Assembly (NCBI GenBank): GCA_015062305.1
Contig: SUUX01000001.1
Coordinates: 485-64,484, forward strand
Reading direction: 5' to 3'
DNA: 64,000 nucleotides
Origin: Alphaproteobacteria bacterium
Lineage (GTDB): Bacteria > Pseudomonadota > Alphaproteobacteria > RF32 > CAG-239
The translations under genes and the position numbers were made by a program. Each line of letters starts with the position of its first letter. Within the stretch, counting starts at the first letter, position 1. The notes under the pieces were generated by a model, which was not told the origin of the DNA, made no database searches, and worked only from the letters and a program-made list of their open reading frames with translations. Positions 31,529 to 41,029 of this stretch are shown here, piece by piece.

Positions 31529-32826
31529 AAATTTATCAAAAAGAAAATGTTTTTGATGCAACAATGAAAAGAATCAAATTTGCTTTTGATAATTTTGACA
31601 ATATCTATGTTTCTTTTTCTGGAGGAAAAGACAGCGGGTTGCTGCTGAATATGGTTTTGGATTACAAACGCAAGCATAATATCAAGAAAAAGATTGGTGT
31701 TTTTCATCAGGATTTTGAATCTCAATATCAGTTGACCACAGAATATGTAACAAAAATGTTTGATGATAATATTGATGATATTGAGCCGTATTGGGTTTGC
31801 TTGCCGATGGGATCCAGATGTGCGGTTAGCAATTTTCAGATGTATTGGTATCCATGGGATGATAAAAAGAAAGATTTGTGGGTTAGGGAGATGCCTAATC
31901 GTCCATATATAATTAATATGGAGAATAATCCTATTGACACCTATAAATATAAAATGGCTCAAGAAGATTTGTATATGGCATTTGGTAAATGGTTTGCTAA
32001 AACACATGCAGGAACAACTATTTGTATGGTGGGAATTAGAGCCGATGAATCTATAAATCGTTTTAGGGCTTATGCAAATACCAGAAAAACATTGATGAAA
32101 GATTCTCAATGGACTACTAAAATGGGTGAAAATTTTTATAATGCATATCCTCTTTATGACTGGACAACCAAAGATGTTTGGGTTGCTAATGGAAAAATGG
32201 GGTATGAGTATAATCGTATTTATGATTTGTTTTATAGAGCAGGGTTGAGTATCAACCAAATGAGGGTTTCTAGCCCATATCATGAGAATGCGAAAGAAAG
32301 TCTCAATTTATATAGGGTTTTGGAACCATCTACTTGGATTAAAGTGGTATCTCGCGTAAATGGGGCGAATTTTGCTGCAATATATGGCAGTACCAAAATT
32401 ATGGGAGTTGGAAAAATTACTCTGCCCAAAGGTCATACTTGGCGTAGTTATGTGAAGTTTTTGTTGGCCACTCTGCCAGAGGGAATAAGAAGAAACTATA
32501 TAAACAAGTTTAAGACGTCTATTCGTTTTTGGTGGAAAAAAGGCGGAGTGGTGTGTGAAGAAGCAATCAAAGAATTAGAAAAATGTAATTATAAGGTGCG
32601 AAACAACGGAAAGAGCTGCTACCATACTTTGAAAGATAGAATGGTTTTCTTGGGAACGCCGGATAATACAGATGATATAAAGTCTACAATAGATATTCCT
32701 TCGTGGAAACGTATGGCTGTTTGTATATTAAGAAATGACCATTTGTGCAAATACATGGGGTTTTCTCAGACAAAAAAACAGACTATGCGTGAGCGTGAAT
32801 TGATTGAAAAATATAAAAGTTTGTGA
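31525..32826 (+). CDS. IbrA-like PAPS-reductase-family PP-loop protein with C-terminal DUF3440-like region
   Basis: PP-loop SFSGGKDSG near the N-terminus. Long C-terminal extension typical of the PAPS_reduct+DUF3440 architecture. Start ATG overlaps the upstream stop as ATGA. Alternative start at 31516. Confidence 0.65.
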   Translation: MKIYQKENVFDATMKRIKFAFDNFDNIYVSFSGGKDSGLLLNMVLDYKRKHNIKKKIGVFHQDFESQYQLTTEYVTKMFDDNIDDIEPYWVCLPMGSRCAVSNFQMYWYPWDDKKKDLWVREMPNRPYIINMENNPIDTYKYKMAQEDLYMAFGKWFAKTHAGTTICMVGIRADESINRFRAYANTRKTLMKDSQWTTKMGENFYNAYPLYDWTTKDVWVANGKMGYEYNRIYDLFYRAGLSINQMRVSSPYHENAKESLNLYRVLEPSTWIKVVSRVNGANFAAIYGSTKIMGVGKITLPKGHTWRSYVKFLLATLPEGIRRNYINKFKTSIRFWWKKGGVVCEEAIKELEKCNYKVRNNGKSCYHTLKDRMVFLGTPDNTDDIKSTIDIPSWKRMAVCILRNDHLCKYMGFSQTKKQTMRERELIEKYKSL

Positions 32827-32833
32827 GGTGAAT

Positions 32834-33349
32834 ATGAAAAATTTTGTAAGCCCGGTTTATAATGTTTTGGCTGTGCCGGTAGAAAAGGTTAAAGCGAATG
32901 ATTATAATCCTAATAAGGTTGCACCTCCAGAGATGAAGTTGCTAGAACTTTCTATTTGGGAAGATGGTTTTACACAGCCGGTTGTGTGTTATTATGATAA
33001 AGATGCCGATGAATATATTGTGGTTGATGGTTTTCATAGATATACGGTTTTGAAAACAAGTGAAAGAATATTTGCCAGAGAAAAAGGCAAATTGCCAGTG
33101 GTGGTGATTGATAAGGAGTTAGGAGAGCGTATTGCTTCTACAATAAGACACAATAGAGCCAGAGGTAGCCATAATGTGGATTTGATGAGTAATATTGTGG
33201 CCGAGCTGCTGGAACTTGGTAAAAGTGATGCTTGGATTTGCCGTAATATAGGTATGTCGGCAGACGAACTCTTGAGATTGAAACAAGTGACAGGTCTGGC
33301 AGCATTGTTTAAAGATGATGAATTTTCTAAAAGTTGGGTTGTGGAATAG
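32834..33349 (+). CDS. IbrB-like ParB/Srx-type nuclease domain protein
   Basis: ParB N-terminal-domain motifs (FTQPVVCY..YIVVDGFHRYTVL; RHNRARG). GAGGTG RBS. An alternative TTG start at 32804 would overlap ibrA-like. Confidence 0.6.
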   Translation: MKNFVSPVYNVLAVPVEKVKANDYNPNKVAPPEMKLLELSIWEDGFTQPVVCYYDKDADEYIVVDGFHRYTVLKTSERIFAREKGKLPVVVIDKELGERIASTIRHNRARGSHNVDLMSNIVAELLELGKSDAWICRNIGMSADELLRLKQVTGLAALFKDDEFSKSWVVE

Positions 33350-33427
33350 TTTTTAGTTATTAGCTCTTTAAGTTTGGAAACTACTGCTTATATGAAAAAA
33401 ATAAGTGTAAGCAGAAGGAGGTTTGGT

Positions 33428-34351
33428 ATGCAAAATATTTTGTTGAATAATGATGTGGAAATGCCGATTTTGGGGCTGGGGACTTGGTTGTCTGAGCCGG
33501 GTGAGGTTTATCAGGCCGTTCGTTGGGCAATAAAGTTGGGATATAAGCATATTGATTGTGCTTCAATTTATGGAAATCAGAAAGAAATCGGACAGGCTTT
33601 GCATGATGCAATTGCAGAAAAAGACATAAAAAGAGAGGAGTTGTTTGTAACCTCTAAGTTGTGGAATGATTGTCATGCCCCACAAGATGTAGAGCCAGCA
33701 TTGAAACAAACATTGCAAGATTTGCAACTTGATTATTTGGATCTATATTTGATACATTGGCCAGTGGCTCAGGTTAAAGGTGTGTTAATGCCACAAAAAG
33801 ATGAAGATTGGATAGAGCTGGAAAAATTGCCATTGGAGGAAACTTGGGCAGAAATGGAAAAGCTTTATGAAAATGGTTTGGTGAGGGCAATTGGCGTTTC
33901 TAATTTTAGTGATAAACAGCTTGAAGACTTAATGAAAAAATCAAAAATTGTGCCAATGGTGAACCAAATTGAATGTCATCCATTCTTGCAACAGTCAGAG
34001 TTGATTGATTTTGCAAAGAAAAATAATATAGCGATTACAGCATATTCACCTTTGGGAGCCAAACCTAGGGACAAAGGAGAGCATTTGCTGGAAAATGAAG
34101 AGATTGTTGGCTTGGCAAACAAATTGAATGCAACTCCAGCGCAGATTGTGTTGGCATGGCAGATGCAGAGAGGGGTAATTGTTATTCCAAAATCTGTGCA
34201 TGAAAATAGAATACGTGAAAATTTTGCGGCGCAGGTAGTTAAGCTTGATGAGGCAGACGTGAAGGTAATAGAAAGACTGGATAAAGGATATAGATTTATT
34301 ACCGGCAACAGTTTTGTTAATCCCAATAAAGGCTATTCTGCTATATTTTGA
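33428..34351 (+). CDS. aldo/keto reductase
   Basis: AKR signatures (LGLGTW, IDCASIYGNQKEIG, LYLIHWP, IPKS). AGGAGG RBS before ATG 33428. The track ORF starts further upstream at 33374. Confidence 0.85.
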   Translation: MQNILLNNDVEMPILGLGTWLSEPGEVYQAVRWAIKLGYKHIDCASIYGNQKEIGQALHDAIAEKDIKREELFVTSKLWNDCHAPQDVEPALKQTLQDLQLDYLDLYLIHWPVAQVKGVLMPQKDEDWIELEKLPLEETWAEMEKLYENGLVRAIGVSNFSDKQLEDLMKKSKIVPMVNQIECHPFLQQSELIDFAKKNNIAITAYSPLGAKPRDKGEHLLENEEIVGLANKLNATPAQIVLAWQMQRGVIVIPKSVHENRIRENFAAQVVKLDEADVKVIERLDKGYRFITGNSFVNPNKGYSAIF

Positions 34352-34353
34352 GT

Positions 34354-35301
34354 TTAATGAAGAAGAAAATTAGCTAACTCGAGCGGGTTTTCCCATTCGA
34401 TGCAGATTTCTAATACTTTGAATTTGCTTTGTAGGTGGGGTGGAATTTTTACAAAGTCTTTAGATGTTGTATAAACGGGAGATTTGTGTTTTTTTCCTAA
34501 GTCAAGAAGTTGTTGTAGTTCTGCCTCTGTATAAAAATGATGATCGGGAAAATCTTGTGTGGCAACAACATTAAAACCACATTCTTTTAGAGAATCATAA
34601 AACTTAGATGGTCGGCCAATGCCGGCAAAAGCCACAACATCATAGGTGAGGGGAGATGGAGATACAGCCTTTATTTTGCCTTTGAATACCGGAATGTCGG
34701 TGAAGTCTTTGGCCAGATTATATTTGTCTTGACCAATTATTACAACGGCATTTGCCCTTTTTAGGCCAAGGTTTTTGAACTCTCTCATCGGTCCGGCAGG
34801 AATACAGAAGCCATTGCCAAAGCCAACGCTACCATCTATGACCAGGAGTGAGCAATCTTTGTAAAGAGAGGGATTTTGATAGCCATCATCCATAATTATG
34901 TAGTCTGCTCCTTCCATGGCAGCCATAAGAGCGCCTTGGTAACGATTGGGGTTGATTATAACAGGAGCTTGTCTGGCCAGAATAAGAGGTTCGTCACCAA
35001 CATCGACAGCTGAATGTTTCTGTGGAGATACTTGTATTCCTTTTAGACGTCCACCATATCCACGGCTTACAAAAAAAGGTTTTTTGCCGTTTTGTTGCAA
35101 AAGTTTGGCAAGAGATACAGAAACAGGGGTTTTGCCGGTTCCTCCTGCTGTCAAATTGCCAACACATATAACTTTAGCTTCAACTCTAAGGGGTTTTTTG
35201 AATATAAGACGCAATGCTGTTGCAAACCCGTATAATAAGCCAAACGGGTAAAGAATTAAAGAAAGTAAATTTATTGATTTCCAATGAGTTGGTGTCTTCA
35301 C
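34354..35301 (-). CDS. lpxK: tetraacyldisaccharide 4'-kinase
   Basis: Walker A GNLTAGGTGKTP. Confidence 0.85.
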   Translation of the reverse strand: MKTPTHWKSINLLSLILYPFGLLYGFATALRLIFKKPLRVEAKVICVGNLTAGGTGKTPVSVSLAKLLQQNGKKPFFVSRGYGGRLKGIQVSPQKHSAVDVGDEPLILARQAPVIINPNRYQGALMAAMEGADYIIMDDGYQNPSLYKDCSLLVIDGSVGFGNGFCIPAGPMREFKNLGLKRANAVVIIGQDKYNLAKDFTDIPVFKGKIKAVSPSPLTYDVVAFAGIGRPSKFYDSLKECGFNVVATQDFPDHHFYTEAELQQLLDLGKKHKSPVYTTSKDFVKIPPHLQSKFKVLEICIEWENPLELANFLLH

Positions 35302-36561
35302 TTAAACAAATCCTTTAACTTTATCCATGATACCATCAAGCACTTTGGCTTCACTTGTTGCCCAATTATATGCCAATGAACGTTTGGCATCTAATAAATC
35401 TTTGTTTTCTAAAAGTTGAGCAACAATTTCTTCCAGCTCGACAGTATCCGTTACTTGAATGATAGCATCTGCTTTTTTGGCTCTGTTCATGGCATCGGTG
35501 AAGTTGTGCATATGAGGACCGACAATTACGGCATCTCTAACACGAGAAGGCTCTATAAAGTTTTGACCTCCATGAGGGATTAGTGAGCCTCCGATGAATA
35601 CAAGGTTGGAGATATCATACCATATACCCATTTCTCCAATGGTGTCGGCAATATAGATATCTGTGGTAGGGGTTATTTTTTCTTGTGTGGAACGAAGGGA
35701 TACGGAAAGACCGAGATTTTCACTTTCTTTTTTGATGTCTGCACCTCGTTGCGGGTGGCGAGGTGCGATGATAGTTAGCAAATCTGGGAATTTTTCTTTT
35801 AATCTTTTGTGTATTTTAGCAATGCGTATTTCTTCATCATTGTGAGTTGAGCTGGCCAACCAAAATGTGCGATTGCCAATTTGTTTGAGGATTACAGATT
35901 TTTTTTCTTCATCAATAGGAAGAGGAAATCCTGCATATTTGATATTGCCAAGACACATCGTGTTTGGTGCGCCTAGTACTTGTAAACGGTAGGCATCTTC
36001 TTCTGATTGTCCAAGACAGAGATGAAAACAACTCAATAGTTCTTTGCTAATAAAGTCAAATTGTTGCCAACGTTTGAATGATTTGTTAGAAATGCGACCG
36101 TTTATTAGGATAAGGGGGATATTTTTGCGTTTGATGCAAGAGAGGATTGAAGGCCAAAATTCTGACTCAAACCAAAGAGCAACATCAGGGTGCCAGTATT
36201 TGATGAAACGAGTTGTGAATATTGGGTTATCAATTGGAATATACTGGTGAAAAGCTCGTTCTGGCAGTCGTTTGTTCATTACGTCTGCAGAGGTAACGGT
36301 ACCGGTTGTTACCATGACATGAGCATCTGGATAGGTGTCTACTATTTTTTGAATAAGAGGAAGCATGGAAATAGATTCTCCAACAGAAGCTCCGTGTAAC
36401 CATACCAATTTTCCGTCAGGACGTTTGAGAGAGGGACGGCCAACACGCTCATTGAAGCGAGAAGCATCTTCTTTGCCGTTTGCAAGGCGTTTTTTGATGT
36501 ATCTTTTTATTACCAAAGGATATAAAATGGTAATGAGAGTGTTGTATATGTTTATGAACAT
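35302..36561 (-). CDS. waaA: 3-deoxy-D-manno-octulosonic acid transferase
   Basis: KdtA N-terminal motif WLHGASVGE and a GT-B C-terminal domain. Abuts lpxK. Confidence 0.9.
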   Translation of the reverse strand: MFINIYNTLITILYPLVIKRYIKKRLANGKEDASRFNERVGRPSLKRPDGKLVWLHGASVGESISMLPLIQKIVDTYPDAHVMVTTGTVTSADVMNKRLPERAFHQYIPIDNPIFTTRFIKYWHPDVALWFESEFWPSILSCIKRKNIPLILINGRISNKSFKRWQQFDFISKELLSCFHLCLGQSEEDAYRLQVLGAPNTMCLGNIKYAGFPLPIDEEKKSVILKQIGNRTFWLASSTHNDEEIRIAKIHKRLKEKFPDLLTIIAPRHPQRGADIKKESENLGLSVSLRSTQEKITPTTDIYIADTIGEMGIWYDISNLVFIGGSLIPHGGQNFIEPSRVRDAVIVGPHMHNFTDAMNRAKKADAIIQVTDTVELEEIVAQLLENKDLLDAKRSLAYNWATSEAKVLDGIMDKVKGFV

Positions 36562-36564
36562 CTG

Positions 36565-37335
36565 TTATTTCCTTTTTGATGGGCGGTGTTTTGCATTTAT
36601 GGATTTAGAATCCGGCAATATCGGTTGCAATCCCATTTCTGTATCACATTCGTGAGTAATTCGATTTAGTTCATTTTCAAGCAATTTGCGATATTCTTCT
36701 AATTTTGGTTCTGTAGCGTCGGCTGGAATATATATGGGTTTTGTTGTTTTGCAAACACCTTTTGAAAAGGGAAAAGGCAACATGGTCTTATCCCATGCTT
36801 TTTCGATGATTTTGGAATTTTGAATGCTGTATGCAGCTCCGATAATGGGTTTTCCGGTCTTGAGAGCGTAGTATATAGGGGATTTGCCCATGTGCATACG
36901 AGGCCCCCTAGGTCCGTCGGGAATAATACATATAGATGTATCTTTTTTGATTGTTCTCATAAGGTCTAACGCTCCACCAGTAGCGTTTTCATTGCTGGAG
37001 CCGTCTATTATGCCGATACCGAATCTTTTGAGTAGGCCGGCAATCATTTGACCATCTCGGTGAGGCGATACAAGGGCGCTTAGGGGTAGGTCTTTTTGTT
37101 TGAAATAGGGCAACATTACAGCTCTGCCGTGCCATATAACTAATATTACGCCATTGTTTTCTTTGGCGAGCCGGTGAAATTCTTCTACTCCTTCAGTGTG
37201 CCAACGTGTGGTCTGTCCGACAAATTTGGCATATAAATATAGTATGGCGGATATTGTTTGCAACACAAAGCCAGAGTTGCCAATTTTTTGGAGTGGTTTT
37301 TTGATATATTTTTTATAAAATTTAGTTTTCTTCAT
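36565..37335 (-). CDS. DUF374 (lysophospholipid-acyltransferase-like) protein
   Basis: VIWHGR...SPHRDGQ...IIPDGPRGP motifs. Commonly encoded next to waaA. Confidence 0.7.
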   Translation of the reverse strand: MKKTKFYKKYIKKPLQKIGNSGFVLQTISAILYLYAKFVGQTTRWHTEGVEEFHRLAKENNGVILVIWHGRAVMLPYFKQKDLPLSALVSPHRDGQMIAGLLKRFGIGIIDGSSNENATGGALDLMRTIKKDTSICIIPDGPRGPRMHMGKSPIYYALKTGKPIIGAAYSIQNSKIIEKAWDKTMLPFPFSKGVCKTTKPIYIPADATEPKLEEYRKLLENELNRITHECDTEMGLQPILPDSKSINAKHRPSKRK

Positions 37336-37338
37336 CGT

Positions 37339-37590
37339 TTATTTATTAGAAACAGTATCTGTTACGCTAATGCCAATAGTTTCGTTGTCTGTGATAACAA
37401 CTTCTCCATGGCCGATTAAAATATCATTTGCATAGATATCCACGTTGTCATTGATATCTCTATCAAGTTCAACCACAGCACCACGGCCGAGCTTGAGTAA
37501 TTGGTGTACTCGCAAGTCTGCAGATCCCAGAGTGACAGATACGTTAACAGAAATGTCGTTATTGAATAATAAGTCTTTGTTGATTGCCAT
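37339..37590 (-). CDS. FliN/YscQ-like SpoA-domain protein
   Basis: VSVTLGSADLRVHQLLKLGRGAVVELDR...NDILIGHGEVVITDNETIGISVT aligns along its length with the FliN C-terminal SpoA domain. GGAG RBS before ATG 37590. Confidence 0.5.
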   Translation of the reverse strand: MAINKDLLFNNDISVNVSVTLGSADLRVHQLLKLGRGAVVELDRDINDNVDIYANDILIGHGEVVITDNETIGISVTDTVSNK

Positions 37591-37815
37591 TATATACTCC
37601 AAATGTGACAAGTGTAATCTGTAACTATTATATATATTTTTTTTAATCTGCAAATTTTTTATTGCATTTTATCACCGTAAAAATATTTGTGGATTATACA
37701 AATTGCATTTGCGAAGAGATATCAGATGTGGCAAAAAAGTTTAGAGGAGAATCTTGCATAGGTTAGGACTCTTTCCTATATAGATTACATAACTTATTTT
37801 TATAAAAGGTGAAAC

Positions 37816-40143
37816 ATGGTAAAAAAAGAAAAATATCCGGTGTTACCGTTGAGAGATATTGTGGTTTATCCGAAGATGATTGTGCCTCTGTTTGTGGGTA
37901 GAGATAAGTCTATTAGAGCCTTGCAAAAGGTGGTGGATGGAGACCAAAATATTGTTTTGGTAACACAGAAAGATGCTGCTGTAGAAGACCCCAGAGCAGA
38001 TGATATTTTTCAGGTGGGTACATTGGGAACAGTATTGCAATTGCTACGTTTGCCAGATGGTACCGTGAAAGTTTTGATTGAAGGATTGGAAAGAGTCAAG
38101 CTGGATAAAGTGTTTGATGATGATGAGCATATGTCTGCAAATATTACGGTTTTACCGGAAGCAGATAGCGATAGTCCAGAGTTAGAGGCTGTGGTTAGAG
38201 CTGTGATGACGCAGTTTGAAGAATATGTGAAATTGTCAAAGAAAACAGCTCCGGAGGTTTTGGTAGCGGTTAGTCAGATATCTGATTATAGTAAATTGGC
38301 AGATACGATAGCTTCTCACTTATCTTTGAAGATTGCTGATAAGCAGGCTCTTTTGGAGGGTAGCACTCTAAATGAAAGATTTGAAAAAATATTAGGCTTT
38401 ATGGATGCAGAAATTACGATGCTGGAAGTGGAGAATCGTATTCGTAATCGTGTGAAAAAGCAGATGGAAAAGAGCCAAAAAGAGTATTATTTGAATGAAC
38501 AGATGAAGGCTATTCAAAAAGAACTTGGTGATGGTGAAGAAGATTCTGAAATATCTGAGTATATGAAACGTATTAAGAAGACGCATTTGTCTAAGGAAGC
38601 AAAAGATAAGGCTATGGCAGAGATTAGAAAACTCAAAAATATGAGTGTGATGTCTGCAGAGGCAACTGTGGTGCGTAATTATTTGGATTGGTTGTTGGAT
38701 ATTCCATGGAAAAAGCGTTCTAAAGTTAATAAAGATTTACAAAAAGCAATGGATATCTTGGAAGCTGACCATTATGGTTTGGATAAGGTGAAAGAACGAA
38801 TTGTTGAATATTTGGCAGTTCAAGCCAAAGCAGATAAGGTGAAAGGGCCTATTTTGTGTTTGGTTGGACCTCCGGGAGTAGGTAAGACCTCTTTGGGCAA
38901 ATCTATTGCTAAGGCAACGGGAAGAGCTTTTGTTAGAGCTTCTTTGGGAGGAATGCGTGATGAGGCAGAAATTAGAGGACATCGTCGTACCTATATCGGT
39001 TCTATGCCCGGAAAAATTATTAAAGGCATGAAAAAGGCAGGAACATCTAATCCGTTGTTTTTGTTAGATGAAATTGATAAGATGGGGAGCGATCATCGAG
39101 GGGATCCGGCTTCGGCTTTGTTGGAGGTATTGGATCCGGAACAAAACTCATCTTTTAATGATCATTATCTGGAAGTGGACTATGATTTGTCTGATGTGAT
39201 GTTTGTTACGACAGCAAACTCTTTGGATATGCCAAGGCCTTTGTTGGATAGAATGGAGATAATTAGGCTTTCTGGTTATACAGAAGATGAAAAGATAGAG
39301 ATTTCTAGAAGACATTTGATTCCGAAAATTTTTGTTGAAAATGCGGTGACACCAAGTGAATTGGAAATTACAGATGATGCTGTGCGCTCTATTATAAGAT
39401 ATTATACCAGAGAAGCCGGTGTGCGTAATTTGGAAAGGGAGATATCTACGATTGCTCGTAAAGCAATAAAAGAGAATCTATTGGCTAAGAAAAAGAAGAA
39501 GATTGTTGTTGATGCCAAAAATTTGGATAAATATTTAGGAGTAATAAAATATAGATTTGGCGAGGCAGAAGAAGAGGATCATGTAGGTGTTACAACCGGA
39601 TTGGCTTGGACAGAAGTGGGCGGAGATATTTTGTTTATTGAAGCTGTTGATATGCCAGGAAAAGGAGTGGTTAAACAAACCGGAAAGCTTGGTGATGTTA
39701 TGAAAGAATCTATAGAAACAGCTTATTCGGTGGTGAGAGCTCATTCTAAAGAGCTGGGAATAAAGCCGGAAGTATTTGAAAAAACGGATATTCATGTACA
39801 CGTTCCAGAAGGAGCAACTCCTAAGGATGGTCCTTCTGCCGGTATTGCAATGTATACAACTTTGGTTTCTACCCTAACAAAGATACCAGTAAAAAAAGAT
39901 GTGGCGATGACCGGAGAAATTACATTGCAAGGTAGGGTTTTGCCGATTGGCGGGTTGAAAGAAAAATTGCTTTCGGCTTTGCGAGGAGGTATTAAAACGG
40001 TAATAATTCCTAAGGACAATGAAAAAGATCTGGTCGAAATACCAGATAATGTAAAAAAGGGATTGCGGATTATTCCGGTGGCGGATGCCAAAGAAGTGCT
40101 GAAAATTGCATTGAAATGTAAATTGAAGCCCTTGAAAAAATAA
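37816..40143 (+). CDS. lon: ATP-dependent protease Lon
   Basis: LON N-domain, AAA+ Walker A GPPGVGKTS and C-terminal protease domain with catalytic PKDGPSAG. Confidence 0.95.
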   Translation: MVKKEKYPVLPLRDIVVYPKMIVPLFVGRDKSIRALQKVVDGDQNIVLVTQKDAAVEDPRADDIFQVGTLGTVLQLLRLPDGTVKVLIEGLERVKLDKVFDDDEHMSANITVLPEADSDSPELEAVVRAVMTQFEEYVKLSKKTAPEVLVAVSQISDYSKLADTIASHLSLKIADKQALLEGSTLNERFEKILGFMDAEITMLEVENRIRNRVKKQMEKSQKEYYLNEQMKAIQKELGDGEEDSEISEYMKRIKKTHLSKEAKDKAMAEIRKLKNMSVMSAEATVVRNYLDWLLDIPWKKRSKVNKDLQKAMDILEADHYGLDKVKERIVEYLAVQAKADKVKGPILCLVGPPGVGKTSLGKSIAKATGRAFVRASLGGMRDEAEIRGHRRTYIGSMPGKIIKGMKKAGTSNPLFLLDEIDKMGSDHRGDPASALLEVLDPEQNSSFNDHYLEVDYDLSDVMFVTTANSLDMPRPLLDRMEIIRLSGYTEDEKIEISRRHLIPKIFVENAVTPSELEITDDAVRSIIRYYTREAGVRNLEREISTIARKAIKENLLAKKKKKIVVDAKNLDKYLGVIKYRFGEAEEEDHVGVTTGLAWTEVGGDILFIEAVDMPGKGVVKQTGKLGDVMKESIETAYSVVRAHSKELGIKPEVFEKTDIHVHVPEGATPKDGPSAGIAMYTTLVSTLTKIPVKKDVAMTGEITLQGRVLPIGGLKEKLLSALRGGIKTVIIPKDNEKDLVEIPDNVKKGLRIIPVADAKEVLKIALKCKLKPLKK

Positions 40144-40150
40144 CAATTAA

Positions 40151-40183
40151 GCCCAGAATCGATAGATTTTGGGCTTTTTTTTT
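40151..40183 (+). terminator. rho-independent terminator after lon
   Basis: gcccagaatc...gattttgggc stem followed by ttttttttt. Confidence 0.6.
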
Positions 40184-40344
40184 GTATGCTATAAAATAGA
40201 GGAATCGGGCGAATCTGGAAGAGATGGTTGTGGAAAATTTGGGTTTTGTAAGCGGGTTTATATAAAAAAATATGCAAAATGGCGGTTTTTAAGCTTTTTG
40301 TGCACAAAAAACATAAAAAATGTTGAAATATTTGATGTTTTTGT

Positions 40345-40373
40345 TTGACAGAGCTTTTTTTTAATGCTCAAAT
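40345..40373 (+). promoter_or_regulatory. candidate sigma70 promoter for hupB
   Basis: TTGACA, 17 bp spacer, then TCAAAT as a weak -10. Confidence 0.3.
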
Positions 40374-40440
40374 TCCTGTGTAAGCGAGGGAAACCTTGGC
40401 TTATGTGGTTTATAACTTATAATTAGAGGGAGTCCTCACC

Positions 40441-40713
40441 GTGAATAAAAACGAATTGATTTCTAGCATTGCTAACGAAACTGGTTTGACAAAAACTGAT
40501 TCTGCTAAAGCTTTGGATGCTTTGGTATTGTCTATTACAAAAGCTTTGAAGAAAGGTGACGAAGTTCGCTTGGTTGGTTTCGGTACTTTTGCTGTTAGCA
40601 AGCGTGCAGCTACTACAGGTCGCAATCCTCGCACTGGCGCAGCTATCAAAATCCCAGCTCGCAAGCAAGCTAAATTCAAGGCTGGTAAAGCTTTGCAGGA
40701 TTCTGTAAACTAG
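40441..40713 (+). CDS. hupB: DNA-binding protein HU
   Basis: MNKNELISSIA...GFGTFAVSKRAATTGRNPRTG HU/IHF signature. GTG start. Confidence 0.9.
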   Translation: MNKNELISSIANETGLTKTDSAKALDALVLSITKALKKGDEVRLVGFGTFAVSKRAATTGRNPRTGAAIKIPARKQAKFKAGKALQDSVN

Positions 40714-40745
40714 TTATTTGTGACTAGTCTTTAGAGATTAGAAAT

Positions 40746-40781
40746 TAGGAGATTTGCAAATGTAAATCTCCTATTTTTTTT
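40746..40781 (+). terminator. rho-independent terminator after hupB
   Basis: taggagattt ... aaatctccta stem followed by tttttttt. Confidence 0.65.
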
Positions 40782-40840
40782 GATAACTATATATTTTATC
40801 AAGATAAATTAAAAAAAATGATTTTTTTTGAATTTTTTGC

Positions 40841-40869
40841 TTGATTAATTATTTTTGTGAGTGTATAAA
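40841..40869 (+). promoter_or_regulatory. candidate promoter for tRNA-Val
   Basis: TTGATT, 17 bp spacer, then TATAAA, ending 18 bp before the tRNA 5' end. Confidence 0.35.
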
Positions 40870-40887
40870 CACTGACGTAGACAAGAT

Positions 40888-40963
40888 GGGCGCTTAGCTC
40901 AGCTGGAAGAGCATCTCGTTTACACCGAGAGGGTCGGGAGTTCGAACCTCTCAGCGCCCACCA
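40888..40963 (+). tRNA. tRNA-Val (anticodon UAC)
   Basis: GGGCGCT...AGCGCCCACCA acceptor, D-arm AGCTCAGCTGGAAGAGC, anticodon loop TTTACAC, T-loop GGTTCGAACC. Confidence 0.9.
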
Positions 40964-40969
40964 ATTAGA
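40914..40969 (+). repeat. attL core: 3' part of tRNA-Val plus 6 bp, duplicated at attR
   Basis: A 56 bp stretch (tctcgtttacacc...ccaattaga) recurs exactly at 46826..46881. Confidence 0.8.
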
Positions 40970-41010
40970 GCCTTGAAATTAAAAAAGAATTTCGAGGCTT
41001 TTTTCTTTTT
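40968..41010 (+). terminator. hairpin plus T-run just inside the island after tRNA-Val
   Basis: agccttgaaatt...aatttcgaggct stem followed by tttttcttttt. Confidence 0.45.
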
Positions 41011-41029
41011 AAATTTTATGTAAAATAAA

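Noticed and set aside
31492-32283. 263-aa minus-strand ORF antisense to the IbrA-like gene
   Set aside because: The sense frame has a PP-loop and is translationally coupled to its neighbours. The antisense frame has no features.
33374-33427. N-terminal 18-codon extension of the aldo/keto reductase ORF
   Set aside because: A strong AGGAGG RBS precedes the internal ATG at 33428. AKR family proteins begin at the MQNILLNN-equivalent position.
39792-40307. 171-aa minus-strand ORF overlapping the lon 3' end and terminator
   Set aside because: It is antisense to lon and runs through the lon terminator hairpin.
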